Origin: Octopus sinensis
Taxonomy: Eukaryota
Direction of reading: 5' to 3'
DNA: 64,000 nucleotides
NCBI RefSeq assembly: GCF_006345805.1
Contig: NC_043007.1
Location: 37,386,001-37,450,000, forward strand
Under the pieces are notes generated by a model. It ran no database searches and was not told the DNA's origin. It was given only the letters and a program-made list of their open reading frames with translations. This document shows positions 27,961-40,660 of this stretch, in pieces (position 1 is the first letter of the stretch; the number at the start of each line of letters is the position of its first letter). The translations under genes and the position numbers were made by a program.

Positions 27961-28869
27961 GACATGGGAAAGAATTCTTATTTCTTTATTGCACACAAGG
28001 GGATAAACATAGAGGGGACAAACAAGGACAGACAAATGGATTAAGTCGATTACATCGACTCCAGTGCGTACTGGTACTTAATTTATCGATCCCGAAAGGA
28101 TTTAAAGGCAAAGTCGACCTTGGCGGAATTTGAACTCAGAAAAATTTTATTTTATCGACCCCGAAACGATGAAAGGTGAAGTTGACTTCGGCAGAATTTG
28201 AATGCAGAACGTAAAGACAGACGAAATGCCGCTAAGCACTTTGTCCAGGGTGCTAACAATTCTGCCAACTCGCCACTTTCAATAATTAAGAATAATAAAA
28301 TATCTTATTTTGGACCAATGAAGGCAGCTCCACATTAATAATTGCAACTATAGAAGAGCAAAAACAAAAAAAAAAAGAATATGCAAAATCGGAACAGGCC
28401 TGGTTAAGAAGCTTGCCTTACAACTGTTTCGAGTTAAGCTCCACTGCACATTAAGTTGGAAAAGTGTCTTCTGTTTTAGTCTTGGGCCGATCAATGCCTT
28501 GTAAGTGAATTTGGTAGAGGGGAAACCGCGTGAATGTCCGTTGTGTATGCATGTGAGAGTATGTGCGTATATGTGAGTGCCCGCGTGCGTGCTTGTTTGT
28601 CCCCACTACCACTTGACAATCAGCAAGAGTTTGTTTACGTTTACGTAACTTGGCGGTTCGGCAAAAAAGATCAATAGAATAAAGTATCAGGCTTTAAGAA
28701 GATGTACTAGGAGTTGATTTGTTCGACTAAAGCCTTCGAGGTGTGCCCCAGCATGATCGCAGTCCAATGACTGAAACAAGTGAAAGATAACAGGAAAAAT
28801 ATCGATATTACTGTGTTAATTGGGAAAAAATGTAGCAGTCTTTGTAATTACGAAGGAAAGTGTGTACTA

Positions 28870-29760
28870 CCTGAGATCTATTGATTATAGAATAACAAAG
28901 TACAAACTACAACGAAGACAAATATACAGAAAGAAATAGAAAATAAGGCAGACGACCTCTCGATCATTAATGAAATTAATAACAAAAAAGATAAAACAAG
29001 GAAAATAAAACTATGTCAAACGCGGCTACAGTGAATCACGATTAAAGGAAATAGCAAATGAGATAGCAAATATTAGCAAAGAAAGTCAAACCTTCACGCA
29101 TAATTTTAGCAAACACAAAGCAATATGTGACATAATTCCTTTAGTGATTAACTGGCACCGAAATTTCGCTGGTATTTCAAGTGTTGCATGAAAGTTACCA
29201 GCATGTTGCGGAAAGTATCCTCGTTTCAAATAGATATTTCCTCAACCGCCTATTGTAGCCTTTAGACGGAATAAAAATATAAGAGATCAATTGACCACTA
29301 TTTCTGACTCCAAGAAAACTAACATTGGAGTATCTTCACGCTGTACCTTGAAAAACAACCGCAAGAGAGGTGAGCTCTGTTCATTGTACATAAACATGAG
29401 TCAAGTGAATTCCATCAGGAAACATAACAGAAATCTACAGACGGTGGGACATATAGAGATTCCCATTTGGTGTATGCGGCAGAATGCACGAAACACAACT
29501 TGATTTATGTTGATTATACAGCAGAACAATTAAACAAAAGATTTAATGGGCACAGATTTGCCATCAGGCACAATAAGAGTGGTTCGACAGAACTTGCCGA
29601 ACATTTTGCTTCAAACGGCTGCAATTTTGAAAAAGACTTGAAAGGTACATTCTCAGAAAATATTCTGAATCTGCTACACTTTCAATACTCAAAATGTATG
29701 AGGAGAAATATGTTTGCGGGTTATTAACATCACGCCCTGGAGGAATGAATAAAACGACAG
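28870..29760 (+). mobile_element. Penelope-like element fragment (thumb, linker, GIY-YIG)
   Basis: KRGYSESRL...IPLVINWH...PPIVAFRRNKNIRDQL, then VYAAECTKHNLIYVDYTAEQLNKRFNGHRFAI...ELAEHF. Stops and frameshifts present. Confidence 0.85.
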
Positions 29761-30845
29761 AATTTCATCAAATTTAGGCAGAACTGTTTGATTAAATAAT
29801 TTTTTTCTTTTCGTTTTCTTTCCTTTTTTCTGTCTTTTTTTTTTTTCGCCAGTTATAAAATTGAAGCTTAAAGACTGGTGATGTCATTCCATCAACGCGT
29901 GGACGCTGATTGCACTCGTTCATATTTTAGATTTCAATTTCTATAATTTTTAATTTTTATCACTTTTTATTTTGAACTCGACAAAGACAGCCTTGATCTT
30001 CTCTGCTTACCTTTGTGAAGAGTTACGTCACTCCTTTTAAAATATAATAATAATAATAATAACAACAACAACGACAATAATAATAATTATGATTATTATT
30101 ATAATGTTTATTGATTTAGGTAAAAGGCTAACAATTTTGAGGAGCGAAGGTCAATTGATATCAGCATTTGATGAGTACTTTATTTTCTCGACTCTGGAGG
30201 GATAAAAGGTTAATCTCTGTAAAGAACTTAGAGCGTAAAGAACCGGACATGGCATTTTGTCTGACGTTCTAACGATTCAGCCAATCAATGGCAATTTTAG
30301 CACAAGGCTAGCAATTTAGGAGAGGGACTAGCCGAGTACATCGACCCCTGTTCTTAACTTGGGCATCCTTTTATCAATTATGGAGAGATGAACGAGCAAA
30401 GATGACTTGACAGAGATTTGAACCCAGAATATAAAAAGTCGGAAGAAAAACGATGAGGTATTTCCCCCATAACGAGGTATTTTTTCCATATTCAAATGAT
30501 TCCTCCAGCTTGCCGCTACTTAAGGCCACAAATTTAGGGGTACATTATTGTATCGACTCGAGGGTATTCACGGTGAAGTAGACCTAGGCGGGATTTGGAC
30601 ACAAAACGTAAAGCATTTTGTCAGATACACTACTGATATTTCCAGTTGATGTTGCTGTTGATGATGATGATGATGATGATGATGACATTGATGACAATCA
30701 CGACGACGACGGTGACAGCGATATACTTTGGCGGAGACATTTCTCGACAGCGACGGTGAATAAGGAACAGCGCTCAAATCATCATTCAGTTGGTGTGTTG
30801 GTGAGTTGGTGATGATCTCTGTCGAGCCCAGAACGTTAAAAGCAG

Positions 30846-31055
30846 TCACTGTTGTAATACCATGACGATTCCTGCTTGATAGAGCAGCAACAGTCTAAGT
30901 GGCAAAGGAAGTAATGCGGTAACGGACGACATTGACCTACAGGTACGGTAGACCGCTCTGTTGTTGAGCGGCTGAAGTGTCCGGAAGTTGTTTCCCATTA
31001 ATATTCTCGGTTCTCCCGCGTTGTGCTCAGACAGCAGGGTGCGAAATGCTTCAAG
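30846..31055 (-). CDS. Alpha-carbonic anhydrase-related protein, last coding exon
   Basis: ttacag|CTTGAA, phase 0. LEAFRTLL...[18 protein letters not shown] is the alpha-CA C-terminal Q..FR...NFR..QPLN.R.V motif. It is followed by [29 protein letters not shown]. Confidence 0.9.
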   Translation of the reverse strand, partial: LEAFRTLLSEHNAGEPRILMGNNFRTLQPLNNRAVYRTCRSMSSVTALLPLPLRLLLLYQAGIVMVLQQ

Positions 31056-31069
31056 CTGTAATTATATGT

Positions 31070-31098
31070 AGTGTGTGTGTGCGTACGTGCGTGCGTGC

Positions 31099-31130
<32 letters not shown>

Positions 31131-31196
31131 GTGTGTATGTGTGTGTGTGTGTGCGTGCGTACGTGCGTACGTGTGTGTGTGTATGTGTGTGCGTGC

Positions 31197-31232
<36 letters not shown>

Positions 31233-31432
31233 GTGTATGTGTGTGCGTGCGTGCGTACGTGTGTATGTGTGTGTGTGCGTGTGTGTGTGTGCGTGCGTGC
31301 GTACGTGTGTGTGTGTGTGTGTGCGTGCATACGTGTGTGTGTGTGTGTGCGTGCGTACGTGTGTATGTGCGTGCGTGCGTACGTGTGTGTATGTGTGCGC
31401 GCGTACGTGTGTGTGTGTGTGTGTGCGTGTGT
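31070..31432. repeat. Compound (GT)n/(GCGT)n microsatellite
   Basis: Direct reading. It generates the overlapping CV/TH-rich spurious ORFs. Confidence 0.95.
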
Positions 31433-31599
31433 GAATATAAGAAGAAGAAAAAAGAGATTAAAAATCCAGGCAGATATCAATAAAGGCACCAAGTTTTAAA
31501 CAAATTTGGTTAACTTTAGCCAACAATCTGAGAGCATTAAATGCAAGTAAAATACACATTCAAGGTAATTTCTCATGTATGACAAGTAGATCCAAATAC

Positions 31600-31915
31600 C
31601 ATTCAGAAGAACTTAAGAAATTCAGAGTATTAGACAATGAAATTACGCATAGAGAAAATCACATTTCTACAAAGCCGACAATTGTGTTATTACCTAGGTT
31701 CATCTGCTACAATTTGGAAATCTAGATTTCATAACCGTTCTCATTCATTTAAGTATAGAAGAAAAGGTAATTCTACAAATTTTAGTAAATGCATTTGGGA
31801 TTTAAAAGATAGAATCATTAAGTATGATTCAAAGCGGTCTATTATTAGTTACGCACCATCGTACAATATTGGTAATTCTACATGTGATCTTTGCCTTAAA
31901 GAAATGCATTAATGG
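31600..31915 (+). mobile_element. Penelope-like GIY-YIG fragment
   Basis: YLGSSATIWKSRFHNRSHSF...NSTNFSKCIWDLK...SII..A..Y....CDLCLKE. Confidence 0.75.
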
Positions 31916-32045
31916 TATTAAATTTTAATGGGAATTTGACAGTGAAATGTTGCCACAAATTTTAGAAGACATTTAAATATTTCAATTCTTAATTATAATT
32001 GATTTTCATATGTTATATAATAATTTTCATTAAAAAAAGTTTACT

Positions 32046-32204
32046 AGGAGCGGCTGTGTAGTAAGTAGCTTGCTTACCAACCACATGGTTCCAGGTTCAG
32101 TCCCACTGCGTGGCACCTTGGGCAAGTATCTTATACTATAGCCTCGGGCCGACCAAAGCCTTGTGAGTGGATTTGGTAGATGGAAAATGAAAGAAGCCCG
32201 TCGC

Positions 32205-32243
<39 letters not shown>

Positions 32244-32512
32244 GTGTGCGTGTGCGTGTGTGCGTGTGTGTGTGTGTGCGTGTGTGTGTGTGCTTGTATG
32301 TCAGTGTTTGTTCCCCCAACATCGCTTGACAACCGATGCTTGTGTGTTTACGTCCCCGTAACTTAGCGGTTCGGCAAAAGAGACCGATAGAATAAGTACT
32401 AGGCTTACAAAGAATAAGACCTGGGGGGTCGATTTGCTCGACGAAAGGCGGTGCTTCAGCATGGCAACAGTCAAATGACTGAAACAAGTAAAAGAGTAAA
32501 AGAGAGTAAAGA
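32046..32512 (+). mobile_element. SINE family A
   Basis: Full-length copy with (GTAAAAGA)n tail. Confidence 0.88.
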
Positions 32513-33052
32513 GTATATTTAATAAAGAGATAACTAATTGTCATGACATAAAATCTCTGTTTCTATTTATCGTAACGTAGAATTCCTATGTTTATTTTTT
32601 TTTATTCTTTCGTTATCAATTAACGTCACCAGTAGTTGAATTCAAAAATAGCTTTTCTTAAGATTATATTTCTACTTAGCGTTCTTTTTGTATACGTTCG
32701 TGTACTAGAAATGTTTCCTTAGTTCACTTTGAATTTAACTAAATTTGGATCACCTTGGAAACGTTGTGCTAATATGTATTTTCGGAAATATCAATATCGG
32801 AAATATCAATACAACAGAAACAATTGTCGGCTTTGTAAGATGAATTCTACAATTACAGATGATTTTCTCTATACGTATTTTTGTTGTGTGTGTGAGACAA
32901 TATGTGTGTATGCATGTTTGTATGTATGTCATTATTCAATTTTATTTAAAGATTTCTTGCCAATAGAGAAAAAGCCGGTTTCTAACCCAGATCCATGGCT
33001 CCTTCATTGGAATTTCTGCATCAACAACAGGGTATTTTTGTATGTATGTATG

Positions 33053-33086
<34 letters not shown>

Positions 33087-34579
33087 TGTATGTATGTATG
33101 TATGTATGTATGTATGCAAATGCACAGATTTGTATGTTTTATTTTATGTATCTATTCTCATTCATATAGATGCATATCTAGACCTGCTCATATATATTTA
33201 AATGATAAACTTTTGGAAAGTTTTACAGATTTTTACAGTTCCAGTGATGGATTGAATCTATAGTCTTCGAATTATCTTTCTCCTTTCTGGTTTTGAGAAG
33301 CCTAATTTCTCAAGATTGGTATTTAGGCAGTGTGTTATCCCAGAGCCCCAATAATTAGATTTCGCAATAGTTCAGCGTAGATATTCTCTTTTTCACTGAT
33401 CTTCAGCTATGTATGTATGTATGTATGTATGTATGTATGTATGTATGTATGTATGTATGTATGTATGTATGTATGTATGCATGATTGCTTTAAAGAGAAC
33501 AACTGAAACATACATCGACTAATTTAACGATCATCTCTTCATGTGTGTTTTAATGGTATATCTGGCTAATGGCGTATAGCGATAGATAGAATTATTAAAA
33601 CCTCGGCACTTGGTGACATGAACGATTTAGCATTAAATAACTTAACCGGTTTTCCTGTCGTACCCATGCTCAAACAAAAGAAGTTGAGCCTTAATAAAAG
33701 TTAGCCTTCAGTATTAGTTAGGGATGGTCTCCGTTGCGTTTTATGTTGTTGTCTAATTAGCTCCATGTCCTTTACAGAATCCGCAGTCGGGCAAGGGGGA
33801 CTCGATCAACAGACGACCGTTACTATTCTCATGGATAAATGGCGTGTACTACAGCACAGCGTGGAGGTAGGAAGGGGGCTGATGTAACTATTGACGTAAC
33901 AGCTATTTCTATGTGTTAACAAATGCTGATTTCTTTCATTAGATGTAAAGTCAAAAGAACATCAGCAACCTTTGAAACATTAAGTGGTTTCATTGAAAAA
34001 TTCATTGCAAATTTCAAATTCTGTGATCAGACCGTTTGTTTTACATTGTTTCTCTAAATTCTTGAAAATCACTCGGTAAATTCAGCAACAGTTTCAGTCT
34101 AGTTTTTCTTAAGCAAACCTTTGAACTATAAATTAAATGTACAAAATGGAACAGTATATGTGCATTCAGAGTTTTATATTAATGATGCAGAATATTTTTG
34201 TCTGCAGAAAACTACGTTAAATAAATTCGACTGCTTTGACAAGGAGTGATTATCCTGTATTGTGTTTTTACCCGGAAATCTGCTACCTATTTCTCCAATA
34301 ACTGGACAAATTGAGATTATAGAATAATGACATGCCCTGCAACACAACAAAACGTATGAATGAGATTTGAATTCACATGTTAGGGATAGACAGTCTACTA
34401 TATGTAGTGGGTCACAGCCTCAATTTTAAACTCGACTGTTTTCTTTCATTAGCAGACAACATGTGTGTAAATAAAGTATGCGTTATTTAAGTGGTGACTT
34501 CAGCAAAAATCTGGCCTATCAAAACATGCATGTCTACATGCATAAAAAAATTGCGCACGTTTTCAAATGTTTGTTACAT

Positions 34580-35160
34580 CATCATCATCATTGTTCGACC
34601 GTGGTCGAGAGTATGGAATTTACCATGCTACGCCAGACTTCACAGTCCATCATAGCATTACGGAGGTCCTGTTGCTGGATGCCTGTATCCCTGGAGATTA
34701 CATCAGGGTAGGAGAGTGTGCACCCTCTGATATCGCGAGTAGATGGCTTCCAGAGAAGAGTAGAAATTGCCTCGTTTTCAGCTCTACAACAATGTCTAGC
34801 AAACTGGACTCTCCTACCTTTCACAAGAGATGACACAGGTGGTAGTTTCCCATATATTTGCATTTTGGTTCGATGACGCTTCCACGAGAGATTTTGAGCT
34901 CTCATAAGGAGGCGAGTGTAGGTTCCATCCAACCGCCTCTCAAGCTTCTTTGATAACGTCCAGGTTTCTGAGCCATTTGTAGAATTGATTCGACTGTGGC
35001 TTTGAAGATTTTAAGTTTGAAGTCTCTACTTAGATTTGATGACCAGATCTTATGCATATCATTACAGGCTGTTTGTTACAGAAGTATCTCTTGAAACTAA
35101 TTTCTGTTCGTTCTGTTGAAGGTAGCAATATATTCGATCCACTTTTTCTTTTATAGCTGC
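34580..35160 (-). mobile_element. RTE-clade LINE 3' fragment
   Basis: (L)DGTYTRLLMRAQNLSWKRH.TK..IYGKLPPVS..V..RR.QFA.HC.RA...YPDVISRDTG...DLRNAM.D..VWR. Confidence 0.85.
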
Positions 35161-35616
35161 CAGGTCGTCAGGGTGTATTTTATGGTGCTATGTCATTAGA
35201 ATCTCTTCTTCTTCAACAACATTCGTGGGAGAGGATTTGAACTGCAAAATAACGTAGCGTTGTTTCTTCTTATGTATTGCGATCGCTAGCTAAAATGTGT
35301 TCTTTTAGATAGTTAAACTGGACAGCTTGAATATTAAATCGTTTACACATCGGCCCAGTATAGAAATGATGATGGAGAATGAATCACTAAAACTTTAAAC
35401 GGAGGCCCACAACCCATTAAAACAATATCCACTTATTTATCTAACAGTCTATTTTGCCTGCATGTCCATCTTCCCTTTTCTATATGTCACGTCCCTGTCT
35501 ATCTATCAATCTGAAATATTGACCATTATTGACCAACCATTTACACTTGTACTTGCATGTCTGGTATTCTGTATGAGTGAATGTGTGTATGCATGTGGAT
35601 GTAGTTGTTTATGTGC

Positions 35617-35671
<55 letters not shown>

Positions 35672-35672
35672 C

Positions 35673-35717
<45 letters not shown>

Positions 35718-35763
35718 GCAAGGTCGATATGCCAACCGCTTATTTTTGCATTTCTTACCATAC

Positions 35764-35921
35764 CTGTTCCTCAGAAATATGAACTGTCTCCGGAAGAATT
35801 ATCCAGGTAACTCCTTCGTTGCAAGGTGGGAATGTGATACTGCCCTGATAAGTTATAAAACAAGACCGGTTCTTCGGAAGAAAAGCGTCTAGATTCCAAT
35901 TTCTCACATGGTAGTGAGTAC
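35764..35921 (-). CDS. Alpha-CA-related protein exon
   Basis: ttgcag|GTACTC...GAACAG|gtatgg, 158 nt, phase 1-0. LDAFLPKNRSCFITYQGSITFPPCNEGVTWIILPETVHISEEQ is the alpha-CA Y.GSLT.PPC.E.V.W motif. Confidence 0.94.
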
Positions 35922-36115
35922 CTGCAAAGAAGATACATATAAATTTACATAAATAAGGATTAGATCGTTATATATTTATATATTTATATATTTACTTCGT
36001 GGTGGTATTTTGACCGTATCGCACGAGGAGTTTAGGCGGGCAATTTAGACTGGTCATGTGCATACGTGCATATATATGTGTGTGTACGTGCGTATATGTA
36101 AGTATTCGTATGTTA

Positions 36116-36151
<36 letters not shown>

Positions 36152-36197
36152 TGTATGTGTATGTATATGTGTGAGTATGTATGCGTGTACACACATA

Positions 36198-36248
<51 letters not shown>

Positions 36249-36434
36249 AATTATAATTAAAGGTATCTAAAAGATACCACCATGCTAGATATAGCAGCCA
36301 AAACTTGTGCGTGTGTACCGTTGGCGATTTTTTTCCTCTGTCTTCCCTTCTCTGGATCCTTCCTTCTCCTATGTTTCCGACGAAGAGCTCCGCTCGAAAC
36401 GTTAAACCCTCCTTCTTTTCTGAGCGTCCAATAA

Positions 36435-36820
36435 GACAAGAAGCACTCCGTCGGTTACGACGACGAGGGTTCCGGTTGATCCGATCAACGGAACAGCCTG
36501 CTCGTGAAATTAACGTGTAAGTGGCTGAGCACTCCACAGACACGTGTACTCTTAACGTAGTTCTCGGGGATATTCAGCGTGACACAGAGAGTGGCAAGGC
36601 CGGCCCTTTGAAATACAGGTACAACAGAAACAGGAAGTAAGAGTGAGAGAAAGTTGTGGTGAAAGAGTACAGCAGGGATCACCACCATCCCTGCCGGAGC
36701 CTCGTGGAGCTTTAGGTGTTTTCGCTCAATAAACACTCACAACGCCCGGTCTGGGAATCGAAACCGCGATGCTACGACCGCGAGTTCGCTGCCCTAACCA
36801 CTGGGCCATTGCACCTCCAC
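36435..36820 (-). mobile_element. tRNA-type SINE family C with 13-bp TSD
   Basis: GTGGAGGTGCAATGGCCCAGTGGTTAGGG head. GAGCGTCCAATAA at 36422-36434 and 36822-36834. Confidence 0.9.
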
Positions 36821-36923
36821 CGAGCGTCCAATAATACTATTTTTGTTCCACGTCCTCGCGTTGTTGTGCTTTTTTTTGTGCTTTCTTGTTTGGATTAACT
36901 ATATATATTATATATATATATAT

Positions 36924-36999
<76 letters not shown>

Positions 37000-37057
37000 A
37001 TATATATATATATGTGTGTGTGTGTATGTATTTGTATTTATATACTATTTTGTGTGT

Positions 37058-37117
37058 ATTCCACTGATGAGGGGCAAAGCATTTCTAATGCAAAGTCAGA
37101 AATCCGGGATCTGGAAT
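37058..37117 (+). ncRNA. Type I hammerhead ribozyme-like motif
   Basis: ATTCCA-CTGATGA-GGGGCaaaGCATttctaATGCaaaGTCA-GAAAT-CCGGG-ATC-TGGAAT. Perfect 6-bp stem I, AUC triplet, imperfect stem II base. Confidence 0.55.
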
Positions 37118-38544
37118 TATGCAATAATTTTTGCTAGTTTATTTTGTCTCTTTGTCTTCTCTCTTGGTGCTGTATGAACATTTAATGTGGTTTTAGAGTC
37201 AAGTTTTGGCTGCTCTATCTAGCATGGTGGTATCTTTTAGATACCTTTAATTATAATTTTAATTATATATATATATTTATATATATATATGCATATATGT
37301 GTGTACACGCATACTTACTCACACATTTACATATACATGTATACATACATACATACATACATACATACATACATACATACATACATACATACATACATAC
37401 ATACATACATACTTATATTCATACATATTCGTTTATAAAGAAAACGCTTTTTTTGTCGACAGTTCATGAAAACACGGCTATGTTCTAATTTCAACTTTTT
37501 ACTAGTTTCTTTTTTTTTTTCATATTTTTATACGATTTTCTTAAACTTCTTTGGAAGAATAATGTTCCTAAATCCATAATTATTGACGTTTCTAGACTTT
37601 AATAGTCTCATCATCAGAGGGAAGTATCATTTAAAAGATTTGGCGATGGGGAATAGAAATCACATCTGCCTGTCAGAAAATGAGGCAAATTACAGTCAAT
37701 TACGTTATGCCTATAAATAATAACTACTCCAACAGCAGCAGCAGTGGAGGTGCAATGGCCCAATGGTTAGGGCTGCGGACTCGCGGTTTCGATACCCAGA
37801 CCGGGCGTTGTGTGTGTTTATTGAGCGAAAACATCTAAAGCTCCATGACGCTCCGGCAGGGGGGGGGGGCGATCCCTGTTGTACTCTTTCGCTCCAACTT
37901 TCTCTCACTCTTTCTTCCTGTTTCTTGTCCCCGACTTCCTACGCAACCGCTGAGCCTGGATGCGCATTCATCCATCCGTCGATGCTCTCGGTGTCCGGGG
38001 GGGGGGGGGGCTGACGTGCTTTCTTTTCTGCGGGTTTTACGAATAGCAAAGGACCACGTTTCGGACTTCTCCCATTAGGACGAAGACCGCTACGCTCAAC
38101 AGCAACAGCAACAGTAATAATGTCTGTTATTAGCCACGGGTGTGCTGGGTGAGGTGGGGGGGGGGAAATACAATGACAGGCACAGAAGTGTAGGGAATTG
38201 CATAGAACGAATGATAAAAATAAGAATATATGTTACATTATTTGTGTGCGGGTGTGTGTGTTGTCGGTTATCCAACGTCCTGCCGCTAGGCTGAAGGGTT
38301 GTTAGTACTTCCCCAAAGGGCCACCCCCAAGTTTACGAACGGAAGGGGTGACTTACTCTCCCATTTTACGGCGTGTCACTGACGTGAGTGTCGTACCCTT
38401 ACTAACGGCTTGAAGGGCATTGCGTCCAAGTGGAAGTTCTGTACGGCCAAACAATGGTTAGGTATCAACTAATAAGTGAGCTGTTGCTGCGAGGCAATCT
38501 CATTTTCGACCATGCTCGCTGCACTCTTGTGCACCACTTGGTAC

Positions 38545-39716
38545 ATAAAAATATTTTGAATTACTAAAGAGTAAATCTATTCAAGAAAATCGCCATTAGT
38601 TTCAACTACGGCCTCCAGACGACGTCGGAATCTCCTGCAACTCTTCTGGACGCCTCCCTGTTTAAGTTGGCGAATGCTGCCACAATCCTTGCCTTCAGTT
38701 CATCTTTGGTGTGACAAGGAGTTTTGTTTGTCTCTCACTCAGCTGTGCCCTACACATAATAATGACGAGGGTTGAAGCCCGGGGAGTTAGGTGGCCAGGT
38801 GTTATTGGTGAAATGTCCGCAGAAATTGTCTGATAGCCATGACTGGGTTCCCCTGCTTGTGTGGCATGGTGCAAAGTCCTTTTGCCAGACATAGGGTCTT
38901 CTAGCAGCCACCCTCTTGATCCAGAGAAGCGCTATCTCCACTAGGCACTTGATGTAGGCCTCCATGTTGAGTCTGAGGCCGTGTGGGAAGACGAATGGAG
39001 GCATAACGTCACCATCACTAGTGATCACTCCAAACACCATGTGGTTGCCTGGATGTTTGATTTTTATCACTCTCGGTACATGTTTTGGGGACACAGCAAG
39101 CCAATATTTGTTCTGTATGTTCACTATCTGATCCAGGCAGAAATATTTCGCGTCTGAAATAAACCAAAGCATGTTCGGTTGAAGCGGATGCTTTAATTCA
39201 TGTAAAAACTTTGCAGCGAAGTATTTCTTCTTGTCCTTGATGGCTTGGGATAAAATTCGGCCCTTTTTCATCTTGTATGAGGAATACCTAATGTTTTCAT
39301 GCACTACCTGCCTGATAAGAAACTCAGACACTTCCATCTTCCTGGCGATGGATCTGATTAGCTCGGAAGGATCGTTGTCAATCATGACTAACAATTTCAG
39401 GAGTTCTTTTCTTATCAGAACGATCAGAGTGAGTTTTCCGAGCTGCCGTACCTTCGTAATCACCATTAGACTCCTCCAACTCTTTCCGAATCCTCTGCAC
39501 AGTTCTCAGATTGACCCCGAGACACTCTGAAATGTTTGTATTGGAGCTACCAGCGCAAATGCCAAGCAGTACAGTATGTCATTTCCATATATCTTGCAGC
39601 GTGAATAACGTCATAGTGCTGTTTTTCTCACAGACGGTGTCCAACTGACCCTACTATGCTGTGTAGTCGACAAAATCCCAAATAAGCAATGGCGACAATT
39701 TTCCCATCGCACCCTG
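38545..39716 (-). mobile_element. Tc1/mariner DD37D (maT) element, decayed
   Basis: 238-aa ORF 38750-39466 with ISD / QKDFAP / WPPNSP.FNP motifs and 37 residues between the 2nd and 3rd acidic positions. One TIR CAGGGTGCG at 39716 followed by TA. Other TIR not found. Confidence 0.9.
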
Positions 39717-39843
39717 TATGTATGTATGTATGTATGTATGTATGTATGTATGTATGTATGTATGTATATATATATATATATATTTATATATACATATACA
39801 TATACATACACACACAAACACACACACACACACACACACACAC

Positions 39844-39874
<31 letters not shown>

Positions 39875-39956
39875 TCAGATGAATATGGTACTTAAGCACC
39901 AGAATTTAGTATGGTATTATCCATACAATTTCAAAGTAAGGTGATTAAAATCAAAA

Positions 39957-40328
39957 TAAGCATCAAAGATATCCAGAGGTAATGCAGTACGATCGTTTCA
40001 TGCAACTCCATTTAACTGAGCAACGCAATCATTACATCAATTTAAAATGTAGAGCAATCTTCAGCTGCACAAAGACATAGAATTTAATAGAAGTAACTTC
40101 TATGCTGAAGTAGAGACAACCTGTTCTTGGTCTATCTCCGTAACTTCTTGGAGATTTTATGTATAATTATACTAACGTGTCCATCTGTTCTAATTTAATT
40201 AAATTCTATGTCTTTGTGCAGCTGAAGATTGCTCTACATTTTAAATTGATGTAATGATTGCGTCGTTCAGTTAATAGAGTTGCATAAAAGGATCGTACTG
40301 AATTACCTCTGGATATCCTTGTTGCTTA
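39957..40328. repeat. Inverted-repeat element, ~130-bp arms (39957-40088 / 40198-40328)
   Basis: taagcatcaaagatatccagagg...agaatttaat versus attaaattct...cctctggatatccttgttgctta. Confidence 0.9.
39982..40070 (-). ncRNA. Type I hammerhead ribozyme motif (second family)
   Basis: GTGCAG-CTGAAGA-TTGCTCTA...TGGAGTTGCAT-GAAAC-GATC-GTA-CTGCAT. 6-bp stem I, palindromic stem III, GUA triplet. The first stem II pair is U-U. Confidence 0.65.
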
Positions 40329-40333
40329 TATAT

Positions 40334-40364
<31 letters not shown>

Positions 40365-40377
40365 CTATATATCTATT

Positions 40378-40422
<45 letters not shown>

Positions 40423-40569
40423 TAAATAAATATAAGAGAGTGGTCACTATATGGCTCACTCTAGCACCAGTTAATCCAAAGGTTTCAACCACAAAAATAC
40501 ATGTTCCCATGAAAGTCAGTACGATTGTTAGCTCACACGGACAGGGCAAATAAAAAATACAAAAATACA

Positions 40570-40660
40570 GATTATTTTGGGACAATTGTTTCGCTATTAA
40601 TGAATTAAATGTAATTTTACTTACAAAAAATCCACTTGTAGCTCGTCAGCCAAAACTATC
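40570..40660 (-). ncRNA. Type I hammerhead ribozyme motif, inverted copy (intact core)
   Basis: Reverse complement of 40979-41069 with the same core, stems and GUC site. Confidence 0.8.

Noticed and set aside
30977-31499. Overlapping 119-168 aa ORFs rich in CV/TH
   Set aside because: Translations of a GT/CA microsatellite. The same applies to the many YI, CV, ER and poly-I/N/S ORFs elsewhere.
33350-33410. CTGAAGA...GAAA on the minus strand
   Set aside because: Stem II is out of register and stem I is disrupted by a TATG microsatellite.
37585-37617. CTGATGA...GAAACGTC on the minus strand
   Set aside because: Core is present but no stem I pairing can be drawn with the flanks.
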